Positions 1-11,567 of a DNA stretch of 64,000 nt are shown one piece after another (the first letter of the stretch is position 1; each line of letters opens with the position of its first letter). The stretch is from the human T2T-CHM13v2.0 reference genome, Homo sapiens, in the NCBI RefSeq assembly GCF_009914755.1, contig NC_060927.1. One strand, given 5' to 3'. The position numbers and the translations under genes were made by a program. The notes beneath the pieces are model-generated. The model was not told where the DNA came from. It worked only from the letters and a program-made list of their open reading frames with translations, and searched no databases.

Positions 1-423
1 TATATATTAGGGGAGTTTATTAAGTATTGACTCACACGATTACAAGGTCCCATAATAGGCCATCTGTAAGCTGAGGTGCAAGGAGAGCCAGTCCAAGTCT
101 CTTAGTCTTAGCTAGCTCTTAGTCTCCGAAACTAAGAACTTGGAGTCTGATGTTTGAGGGCAGGAAGAGTCCAGCATGGGAGAAAGATGTAGGCTGGGAA
201 GCTAGGCCATTCTAGTCTTTGCACATTTTTCTGCCTGCTTTATATTCTAGCTGTGCTGGCAGCTGATTAGATTGTACCCACCCAGATTAAGAGTGGGTCT
301 GGCTTTCCCAGGCCGCTGACTCAAACGTTAATCTCCTTTGGCAACACCCTCACAGACACACCCAGGATCAACACTTTGCATCCTTGAATCCCATCAAGTT
401 GACCCTCAGTATTAACTGTCAGA
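1..423 (-). mobile_element. MLT2A1 LTR (ERVL), cut by the window start
   Basis: Reverse complement reads GTTAATACTGAGGGTCAACTTGATGGGATTCAAGGATGCAAAGTGTTGATCCTGGGTGTGTCTGTGAGGGTGTTGCCAAAGGAGATTAAC, matching the MLT2A 5' end; short A1-type layout. Confidence 0.85.
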
Positions 424-564
424 TAGTATGTGTCCTGTACTTTTCTAGATGTTGGAATTAGAATAGAGGTAGACTCAGATGTAAGTGAGAAAGTGTCTTT
501 GCAATCAAAAAGTTCAAATTTGTGGAGGGAAAAGAATTATAAAAAAAATTGTTATAATAAATGT

Positions 565-885
565 GTATTGCATGTTTACTATGTGCTTGTTTTGTTCTAA
601 GTGCTTTGCTTGCATTCATTCATTTCATCCTTCCAGTAATCTCATGAAGGTTGGTAGGACTACTATCCCCAATTTATGTTAGATCGAACCATGTGAAATT
701 GCCATTGCCTTTGATATCAGTCAAAGCAGTTGTAGGATAGCAGTTTAATATGGTTTGGCTTAAGAGACTCGGAACCGTATGTACAGTTACATCATTTGCC
801 CAAGCCACTCCCATAGTAAGTGATGGAGCTAGGTTCTGAACCCACGTAGTCTGACTCCAGAGCACACGTACCTGACCCCACATAG
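565..885. mobile_element. MIR SINE fragments
   Basis: Degenerate MIR core motifs (ttgcccaagccac, ggagctaggttctgaacccac, ctgactccagagc). Confidence 0.6.
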
Positions 886-2168
886 GCTAAGCTGCCTGAT
901 AATTGGAGTGTTGGTGCTCAGAGGTGGGAGTAGCTGCTTGCTTTGCCTGAAGAAATCATAGAAAGCTTTCCTACAGTGGGATGTGGGCTCTTAACATTCC
1001 TTGACTTCATGCTCCCTGTCTACCACTATATTCTAGGTTTATCAAGGGCAGAACCCTGTTACTTACTCATCACCTACATCATGGCACCTGGTCCAGTGCT
1101 TTGAATTTAGGAAGAATTCCATAAAAAATATTTGTTTACTATTACCGTCAGTGTGTCTTGGTTTTCTAAGAGACAAAATGTGAAAAAGGAAGAGCGCGGG
1201 GTTGAGCCTGAGAATTCGGGGCTTAGGAAGAAGAAAAGAAAAAATTCCCAAAGTACCTGAAATAAAGATAATGAAAAGTTCCTCTAACTCAACAATAATT
1301 AATAGTAATAAATGATTCATAACATTATAATAAACTTTTTAGTTTATTTAGTTCCTGGATAGGTGAGCACTGGCTATTCAGACTATGAAAAACGAGGGAA
1401 TTTGATTTGTGAAGAAATAGATTTTTACAAGAAAGCTTCCTGCTTTCTAATCTGTCTGTTCCAGCCTAACTTTGTCACATCAATGCTTAATGCTTGATTT
1501 CTTTATAATGCAAGGGTTATCCTCATAGAGAGAAATCTCAAAAGGGTTCGGTGTCTTAAGTGTATTACTCTATGTTAGGACTGAGAAACTATAGTTTTGT
1601 TGTTTTTTTTTTTTTGACAGAGGTAGAGATTAGAGCAGAGAAAAAAGATTTAAACACATTTCCATAGGCTGACTTTAATTGTGGCAGAAGCCCCTTAAGT
1701 CACACTTAATGATTGTTTTCTCCAAGGAGAGCATTCTCGTGCGCATCCAATGTTGACTCCATTGATAATATGTACATAGTCTCATTCTAACATAATCTAA
1801 ATCTGCTAATTATGGAGTGGTTTGTGTTGGTAACCAGATTCTATGCTTTTGCCTTCTAGCATATTCCTAATTTTTTTTTTTTTTTTTTTTTGCCAACCAT
1901 GGGAGCACAAAGAAGTGACTGGAACTTTCTGTAAAATTTATGAGCTGGTCTTATTTTTATGATAAAAGATTTGCTCTTCAGTATACCCTCTGGTAAATTT
2001 AAAATTTTATTCAAATTAGGTTAAATCACAGCAGACAACTAAGAAGCATATTGTTATTCACCTTAAATTCAATTCTAAGCAACTCACTGTCTGAGGTTTA
2101 TAAAGTCCCCAAAATTATAATATGCAAACCTTGAAATATCCCATTCAGTGGTCCACATGCCACTGATA

Positions 2169-2369
2169 TGTGGTTCTCAAGTAGGGGAGGGGGAATTTTG
2201 CCCTCCTTGGGGACAGTTTTGTTGTCACAATTGTAGAGAAGGAGACTGCTAATGGTATCTAGTGAGTAGGGGCCAGGGACGCTGCTCACAAACACAATGC
2301 ACAGGACAGGCCCCAACAACAAAGAATCATCCCAGCAAATGCCAATAGTGCAGAGGCTGAAAAACCCTG
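2169..2369 (+). mobile_element. MER20 (hAT-Charlie DNA transposon)
   Basis: gtggttctcaa...ttgtcacaa...ggccagggacgctgct...aatgcacaggacagg...aatagtgcagaggctgaaaaaccctg. Confidence 0.85.
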
Positions 2370-3564
2370 ACCTACATCATTATATGAAAGAAAACTGATT
2401 TTAGATGCATATATCAAGGTTTAACATTTAGCAGATGGAAGAATATCAGATAAATATCTAGATAACTTGCTTTTGATAATTGTGTGCAAAAATGAAAAAG
2501 CGATCACATTATTTGTAGTAACTCACAAATATAACTTACTTGTTTGAAAGCCTATTTGCATCTTTGTCCCAGCTTTTTTAATCTATAGAATTTGAATTCA
2601 ATTCTTAAAATTATGTGGGCCATGAACTAGGATGATGAACTAGGACTAAGGAGTTTTGTAAAGTATGTATTTATTTTTTTCTTAGCCAATAATTTGTCTG
2701 AATTTTTAAGATCCTTATTAATTTCTGAACCTCTCTTTTCTGGGCAAGAGACATTTGGGGTCAGTGTCCACCTTTTGTTTAAACCTCTTTCTTAGGTTTC
2801 TTCTCAGACTCCACTGTCTTGTCTGGCAGCATGAGCTCTCTCACATCTTTATCATTGCTGTTTTTTCTGTGCACCAACAGTTATGTTTACCGGAAGTGTC
2901 TTCATCTTCTTTCACTAGGTAATGCATAAAATCTGCAGAGTCCTAATGCTCAGTGTGCTTATGGTGCAGTTTGGCATGGCCTTCCTTGCTCTTGCTTTGT
3001 GAATTGTAAACAGGGAGTCATGTGGACTGCCCCCATCTGAAGCTCTGTCTGGAGTCCCCCACACCTTGGTTCTTGGGATAGTTCTCCCACAGCTTGCATC
3101 TAGATGGATGAGTGCACAGGCACCATCACTGTTCTGCATCTCACATACTTCTAAGAGGCCTTGTCCTTTACTGATCTTGTCCAAGCCACGCATGCTCAGA
3201 AGCTGTGGGGTGGCAGCCAGTCAGTACATGTGCTATAGTGTAGTCTGTCAGGCCATCCCACACACTGTATTTTGGAAATTGTCAAGTTAAACTGGAACAA
3301 CTGTCACAACCTCTTTAACAGGCATCTGATAAGGCCATCTGCTGATAACATGGGCTACCCATTATCTTGTATTTGAATGTGCTCCAGTTATTCCTATCCT
3401 TCGTTATTAAGAATTTCCAAATATAGATATAGAGCCACCAATACTACCTTCTCATGTTTGCCTGTATTTCAGTTGGTATCTATTGTTGGGAACCTTACTA
3501 CTGTCAACTTTACCAAACCCTACTTGGCTTGCTGAAAAGAGACCTCTAGCTTGGCACAGATCCT

Positions 3565-4400
3565 TAATGTTTACTTTTCTTTAGAATTCACAAGGCATAC
3601 ATGTTTATTTTAGATAAAGATTGGAAAATATAGAAAAGTATAAAGAAAAAAGTACTTATAATTTTACCATTTACTGTTAAAATTTCAGATACATTGCTTT
3701 ACGTGTATCTATGCATAAATGGATATGAATATTTTTAACAAAATAAAAAATCATACTATTATTGAGCTTATTTGACTTAGAATATGAGTCATTTACCCAA
3801 ATATTTATGTATATTGAGAAACATTTTAAATGACTGCACAGTATTTTAACAGATAGCTGTACCGTAACATACGTGTATAAATATTTATTTCTTTACTGGT
3901 TGCTTTTGTTCAATGTTTACATTTGTTCCACTCTTTTCACTGTGACAGTCACCTGCCAATGTATACATCTCTGGTTGTTAACCCCAGAGGGTAAAGTCCT
4001 AGACATGGAATTAGTTGGTAAAAGGCTGTGAACATTTTTAAGAGTTTTGATATATGTTAACAAACACCCTCCAAAAGATGTTTGCCACTTATTTAATTTT
4101 CTTATTCTGAATTAGCTAAAACTTTCAGCACTCACCATTGATTTTCTATCTTTCTTTCAGTAGGGATTTTTCTACTGTCTCACCATTAAGGATATTTTAT
4201 TATGGAAGTGTCTGCTGTTCCATTTTTTTAAGTATTTTCATGTTTTAATTAGGCATGGATGTTGGATTTTATCAAATGCCTTTTGGACATCTATCTATGT
4301 TATCAAATAATTCCTGTCATTTGATCTGTCAACATGAGGGATTATATAAATGTGTTTCCTCACAGTCATCTTTGCCTTCCTTGCCCTTTAGGTTTTCCTG
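3565..4400 (-). mobile_element. Ancient L1M/L1ME fragments
   Basis: Degenerate antisense L1 motifs (tgttggattttatcaaatgcctttt; gtgaacatttttaagagttttgat). Confidence 0.5.
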
Positions 4401-7400
4401 GACTCTCCTACTTTGGGGTGAGCAGGCCTTCTGTGTGGGAAGGGAGGTTGTGGAAAAGTTCTGTTGCTCGTGGACTGTCAGATAAGGCTGCACACATTGT
4501 CCTTGCACTCTCAGCTTTTCCGGAAGCTGTATGTGTATAGTTTCGATAATGGTGCCTGGGAAGTTGTTTCCCATCTGAGCAGTGCTGCAGCCTCCAAGGC
4601 TGTTGATCTGAGGCAGGATAACTTGATTCCAGGTAGGATTTCCTGTCTTTCTCAGTACTCTCATGTGGAATTTTCTCGCCAGAACCTTAAACTTGAGGGA
4701 GACTAATGAGGCATTTTAGCATTTCCTCTCATGCCAGTTTTACTGCACTGCTTTCTCAGGAGCAGAAGTTATTGTCAAATTTTGATATCTTCTTTTAGCT
4801 CAAAATAAATCGGGTATGGAAAATACACTTTAAAGTTTACAGTGGAAATTTGGAACCATTGCCTGATCGAAGTGTTGATGATGTATTACTCATTGTTGAT
4901 GTACTCATCTTCATCACTGCTTAGATTAATTTTATAAGCCTAAACTTATAGCATGGTATACTCTAGTACACTTGGATAAATCATTCTAAAAAGGAGACAA
5001 AAAGATACACATTTAATGTACAGTCTTAACCATGTGATGGCTAACAAAAAAAGTGCTGTATTAAAATATTTCTGTTTTTATTTTCAAGAGTTAACTGATG
5101 TAAAAATAATTTAAAATTGTAACACAGCTGAATAGATCCATGGGTATAATGGAAATGAATGTGGCATCATTCTAAGTGTGTGGCATTATCTAATAAATTT
5201 TAATTTTAGCTCTTCCAATTATCTCAGTCACTATCTAAGACTGGAAACTAGGTTAAATATTACATGATTCATTTTCTTAAAAGGGAAGAGAGAATAATGT
5301 TTTAAGACCCCATTTTTGAGAGCTTTCTGCATACTAGTCACTGTGCAATAGTGCAGTTTAGTCCACGTTCATGGTGGAAATTTGGCGTCCACAAGGAAGT
5401 ATGCCCAAGCTTTTCAATCATTTTACACATCTCCATAAATCTGTAAAAATAAACATGGGAAATCTTGCGAATGTATTTAATGAACTTCTAGACATGTGTT
5501 CCTTTGCGGTGGAAAAAATATAATTTGAAACCTTACGATGTGTTAAACACAGGAGGCCAAAATCACTGTGATTTAATGAAAAACAAATTTAAGTTGAACA
5601 ACTCTAGAATATATAGGGCTGGGGAAGTTATCAAACAAAGCATTATCTGTGAAAAAAAGTCTTTATAGATAGAAGGGAAAACAGACAGCTAGATGTTGAC
5701 AGTGAATGCCAAGTTTCAACAGTTAGCTTTACTAAAGCCATTTATTTGCAGCAATTCTCAGTGGGGTTGATCACACTTCTAATAATGCCTGTGAATCATA
5801 TTTCAGAGCTACTCTAAACATGAGAGAATCATTCACAAGGTACAATTTTAACTCATAAGCTTAAAGTGATGTAATAATGGATAGATAACTTCATTTTAAA
5901 AAATTTGAAAAGAGGATATTTTGATTGAAATATAACCAGTGCTTGTCTCAAGTTTTTGTAAGGTAGCAATCTCACATAATTGTATCATCCTGAGTGTGAT
6001 AATATGGAAATTGCAGGTTGAATGTGGACCTATTTTTCTGTATTCAATGAATATATTGCTGTAAAGCTATATGTAAATCACCTTTAAAAATCAATTGAAT
6101 CATCTTTGATATGTTAGAGGATCTCTCTGAGAAAAAAATCCATTTGGGAAAGATTTCATAGACTGCTGTGTCATCTCCTAGTTTATAGTATTTAAATATG
6201 GATTTTCTCAGACTTGTTTAAAGTGTGCATTGTAGTTAATCGTCCTGACATCCTGATTTGACTTAGCTATGTGACTATTGCACATTTTTGGAGAGGATGG
6301 GATGTAAAAGCAAAACGGTATGTGAAGTTAACAACTAAGAGAGGGAACAGATTCCTGCATATGTGTTTTTTGTTAGAATCTTATTTTTTCAATGTTACAT
6401 ATAGATAATTTTGAAAATTATACAGTTCTGTAAGATTCACAATAACCAACTGTAGTCCTCTTTCTCCCTTTCTATTCAGCTCAATTCCTTCCTCCCAGAG
6501 TCAACCATTTCTAATGTTTAGAGCTGTTTCTCTTGAGTTTTACCTTAATCTTTCCAAAAATTCAAGCTTATACCATCATTGATTTGATTCTGGGTTTCAT
6601 TTTTTTTCTTTTCTTATTTTCTTTTGCTTTTACTATGCACCATGACACTCAATGTTTTTGAGTGTTAGACATTAACTATTGGCATTCTTTGAAGGGGAAA
6701 GGCTAGGCTCTTTCCTTCACCACAAGTGAAACAGATTCTACCTACCTCTCCTTTAGAGGTGTATAATAGTCTTTGTAAGAATCAATGTTTGGTTTTACAA
6801 TATTTGATTATGTAAATGTGATGGGATATTAAATTGTTTCATCCAAGAAACCATGTAACAATACACAATTTCAAAGTGAGGTAGAATACCAAAATGAATG
6901 ACCAAGAACCAGTTGCTTGTACATGGTAGGGAAGGAGAGTTTGCTGTGTTGGAGGCATTACTGAGATAAATTAAAGATCCAGTTAAACGGAATGATATAC
7001 CCAGAGCTTGTTGAGGCAAGCTGGGTATGTCCTGTGAACATATGTGAACCCCAGTAGGGAGGGCTAGCCCAGAGCCCTCGTTACTCTGGCCCAAGAAGAC
7101 CTTGGGTGTGTGTATGTGACTGTGTGTATGGGGGGTGGTTAGGTAGGGTGACAATGTAGAGGGAGTCTGTGTTGAGAGGTAGAGGGGTAGAAAGAGTCTG
7201 GGGGATCTAATTGCTTTGTTATAGAGACTTTTAGCCATTCTTCTTGTTTTCTGCTTTCCCCCCGTATTTCATAGGTATCTATTGCTCCCCAAACCTGGAT
7301 CCTTCTGGGGCTTGCAGTACAAATACTTTTAGAAAGGGGCTTCCCCACTGCTGACACACTTCCCCTGGTCTGCTGATTTCACATGCTCGCCAGCCTTCAA

Positions 7401-8509
7401 AAGTAACTGTTGTTTTTTTTCTCCTCTTCTTTGTCTTTTTTTGCCTTAAAAAAAAATCTCTATTGTTGTGATTGGTGGGGTTTTGAGTCAGAGTGGTGGT
7501 AGACATATGTGTTCAATCTGTAACATTTACCTGGGGTTTCAAAATTTATTCTAACATAAAGGTGTATAAAAGGAGTATGCCCATAGGATAAGAAGGTGAA
7601 TAATTATTGAATTATTTTGAGGAAAAGGAAATATTTGAATATTGTACCTTTCTTTTGTGTTCCTGATCTTGATCAGCTGTTTTGTCTGCTTGAAGAAGGC
7701 AGGGAGGTTAAATGGTCATATCCAGAGTGGGTAACCATACTCCTCAAGACAGTGCTGTCTGGGACGGCAGCCCCTATGGAGTTGCACCACACACATATTC
7801 TACCTGTACAGATTCAGCTACACCAATTCTAAAGAATAAGGGCTTACAAAGTATATCTCTTTGGCCCATCAGGCTCCATATTCCCTGTCCCTTAAAGCTT
7901 TTTAAAAAAATAAAAAATATGAAAAAAATCTAGAAGAATCAATTCTTAGCTTTAGTGCTTTTAAGGACTCAGTGATAGAAATATAAAGATAAATTTAAAA
8001 ATTATTCAAGGGTCACTTTGTATATGCTTAATTTTGCCTTAAAATCTGATTTTAGATTCCCAATTGTGTCAGATGAGAGTCTACTACAGTCATTCTACTC
8101 CACTATACAGAACCAAAATATTGAATGTATGCTTATTCCTGTGGCTGTATGGTATTATGGGAAAATCTGAGTCTTGTAATTTATATGACCTTGGGTTTAG
8201 ATTCTAGCTTTTCCATAGTGGACATATTATTTAACTTTCCTGAATTAAAAAACCTGGTTATTTAACTAACCAGGTTTTCTTGCCTGGTTGCAGTTTTCTA
8301 GTGGTTGCAGTTATAAATACTTAATAGGCTTATTTTTAAGAGTTAATATTAGACAATATTTTAGGCATGGTGAAGACTGCTGTGTATACAGTATATGGTT
8401 AAAAGATGAATTTCCTTGTTGACCTCACAGCTGAAAATTAACTCACTACTTTTCATGAATCAGGTAGCTGATTATTTTCAGGATGTTGATGTAGGCCCAA
8501 GAATATGTA

Positions 8510-8735
8510 CTCACATTTATTGAGTACTTACTACCTTATATTGTTCATGTTCTTTACTGATTTATTTAATGACTTATTTAACTCAAATTTGAATTTTTAA
8601 TTCTCAAAAACTCTGTGAGTTAGCTACAATTTCCATTTCTATGTAATAGATGTGTAAACTGAGGTCCATAGAGATTAAATAGTTTACCCAAGGTCACAGA
8701 ACTGCCAACTGGTAGAGCTGGAATTTGAACCCAGA
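8510..8735 (-). mobile_element. MIR SINE
   Basis: aaactgaggtccatagagattaaatagtttacccaaggtcacag...gagctggaatttgaacccag. Confidence 0.75.
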
Positions 8736-8879
8736 ATAATGATAGCATTTCCCAGCATGATTTAGGAGAAAAGATAAACTCTACTTTTTTCTTTGGCCTT
8801 CTGGAAAATTCATATTAGCTCTTGTATTTAATGTAAAATCATAGGAAATTTTTTCTATAAGGGAATAATATGAAATACA

Positions 8880-8962
8880 TATTAGGTTGGTGAAAAGTAA
8901 TTGCAGTTTTTGCAATTAAAAGTAATAGCAAAAACCATAATTACATTTGCCCCAACCTAATA
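8880..8962. mobile_element. MADE1 (Hsmar1-derived ~80-bp MITE) with TA TSD
   Basis: TA-TTAGGTTGGTG...AAAAGTAATTGCAGTTTTTGC...GCAAAAACCATAATTAC...CCAACCTAA-TA; long terminal inverted repeats. Confidence 0.93.
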
Positions 8963-8984
8963 GATTGCATTTTTAAAATTATAT

Positions 8985-9965
8985 ATTGAGGAAACCTTAC
9001 TCAAAACTAGTTTAGGCAATAAAGGAGATTTATATGGAATTCAAAGAATGGTTAACTTACAAAACTGTAGAAAGAATACAAGTCGGCCCAGGAACAGCTG
9101 GTGCCAGAGAATTAAACCCCACCGGGACTTTCTTCCCATGTTTCATCTGTGCCTCTCTGTGCCTGTTGACTCCTCCCTTTCTCATTGTAGACAGGCTTTC
9201 TAGTTAGTGCAAAAAGCATAGCTGCTGACAACCTAAGTGTAACATTTTATATGACTTAAGCCAAGTGAGAGGGCTCAATTTCCTTCTCAGATTCAGGTTG
9301 CAAAACCCCAGGGAAGAACTGAGTCAGAGCCTCATCCTTGGAACACTTAACTGTAGCCTGAGAATGCAGTCCTAAAGAATATGGCTTCCCTTGAGGCAGC
9401 CTTGTAGGCTTGGGATTATGGAGGGTGAGGGCAGCCGAATCAGTCAGGAATACTTTTGGCTGCAGGTAAGAAAACAGAGTTAACTAATGGTGGCTTGGTC
9501 TAAAGGGATATTTATGATTCACTTATTTACCATTATAACAAAAAATCTGAAGTTAGGGTTGAACCATTATGTCAGTGATATTATTAAGAACCTTATAATG
9601 TTCTATTTTTTCACACTGTCTTCCCTTTATAGGCTTTTCTTAATTCTGCTTGTCATCTCTTCATCACAAGGTGGCACAAGGTGGCCAGAGGTCCGAACAT
9701 CATGTACACATTCAAGGCAAGAGAGAAAGTGCATGGTTAAGCAAAGTTTCTTCTTTCTTCAGTCTCTCTTATCTCTTTTCTTAGGAGCCCACAGCAGACT
9801 TCCCTTTTTGACTCATCAGCCAAAATGGAGCTGTGTGACTGTCTCTACCTTTGAGGGAGTCTAGGAAAAGCAGCAACTCGCTTATTCACCTGTGTTGCGA
9901 GAGGCAGTAACTGAGTAGGGGTTAGGAATGGCTATTGCTTTAGCCAATCAACAATGTTTGCCACA
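8985..9965. mobile_element. Two adjacent old MLT1 (MaLR) LTR fragments
   Basis: MLT1-like motifs (tcagtcagg...ttttggctgcaggtaagaaaa; agcccacagcagacttccc; gccaatcaacaatgtttgccaca). Confidence 0.55.
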
Positions 9966-10931
9966 GTGGGTGAAGAGGTGGACACAATTGTCAGTTGCCA
10001 TGAGGACAGGAAGGATGGATATTAGACAGTCTCATGTACTACATGACATAAAAATGTCATGAGCTTAGACCTCAGCAACTTTCAACTATCTTCAAGAGAG
10101 CAGACCCAGCCAATTTTATTCTTTGTTTGCCTCCCAAATAGGACTTGGGGGCCTTTCTGCCTTCTGGTTCTGCTCATGTGATGTCCCCTCAAACTCTTTT
10201 GTTTTTTCTTCTCCTCTAGAGCTGGCAGACCTTGTAGCCTTATTTCAAGGCTCACCTCAATCTGCGAAGCTCATAGATGATATCTCATCCCTTTGAATTC
10301 CAACCACTGCTTGATCACACAATCCACAAGTTGTGTAATGTACTACTTGATGACAATTTACATTTTGCCCTTTTATCCTGTAACTTAGCTTTTGGCACCA
10401 ATGAATCTGATTATCTCAATTAGATTGTAGGTATTTTTATTTATTAATTGGCAAAAATTGCATGTATTTATCATGTACAAAATAATGTTTAAAAATATGT
10501 ATACATTGCAGAATGGCTCCATAGAGCTAATTAATATGTGCAGTATTTCACATGCTTATTTTTTTTTGTGGTGAGAACATTTAAAAATCTACTCTCAGCA
10601 ATTTTCAAATATACAGTACATTGTTATTAACTGTAGTCACTATGATGTGCAAAAGATGTCTTGAACTTATTCTTCATATCTAACAGAGATTTTGTATCCT
10701 TTGACAGTCTCTCCAATGCACATCCTTCCCCCACCCACCAGCCCTTGATAACCACCAATGTACTTTCTACTTCTGTGAGTTCAACTCTTTTAGATTTCAC
10801 GTATACATGAGATCATGTGGTATTTGTCTTTCTGTGCCTGACTTATTTCACTTAATGCCCTCCAGGTTCATCCATGTTGTCACAAATGCCAGGATTTTCT
10901 TATTTTTAAAGACTGAATAGTGTCCCATTGT

Positions 10932-10958
10932 GTATATATATATATATATATATATATA
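10932..10958. repeat. (TA)n microsatellite within L1MA
   Basis: About 13 TA units. Confidence 0.9.
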
Positions 10959-11407
10959 CTACATTTTCTTTATCCATTTATCTGTTGATGGACACTTAGA
11001 ATGATTCTATATCGTAGCTACTGTGAATAATGTTACAGTGAATGAACACAGGAGTGCAAATATCTCTTTGACATACTAATTTCATTTCCTTTGGATATAT
11101 ACCCAGTAATGGGATTGCTTGATTGTATGGTAGTTCCATTTTTAATTTTTGGAGGAACCTCCAGACTGTTTTCCATAATGGTTGTACTAATTTACATTCC
11201 CACCAACAGTTGTTCCCATTGAACTCTTGTCCCACCAACAAGGATTCCCTTTTCTCCACATCCTCACCATCACTTGTTGTCTTTTGTCTTTCTGATAATA
11301 GCCATTTTAAGAGATATGAGTTATATATTATAGTGTTTTAAATTTGTATCTCCCTGATGATTAATGATATTGAACATTTTTTCACATTTGTTAGACATTT
11401 CTATGCC

Positions 11408-11567
11408 TTTATTTTTTTAAAAAATAAGAGATGAGGTCTTGCTCTGTTGCCCAAGCTGAAGTGTAATAGTACAATCATGGCTCACTGCAGTCTCCAATTC
11501 CTGGGCTCAAACAATCCTTTGGCCTCCCAAAATGCTGACGTTGTGGGCATGAGCTGCCACACTGGCT
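11408..11567 (-). mobile_element. Alu monomer (FRAM/FLAM or deleted AluJ) nested in L1MA
   Basis: gagatgaggtcttgctctgttgccc...ggctcactgcag...ctcccaaaatgctg; flanks tatgcctt/tatgtctt. Confidence 0.8.

Noticed and set aside
9452-9471. Recursive splice site TTTTGGCTGCAG|GTAAGA
   Set aside because: It lies in an MLT1-like terminal motif and has only a short, interrupted pyrimidine tract.
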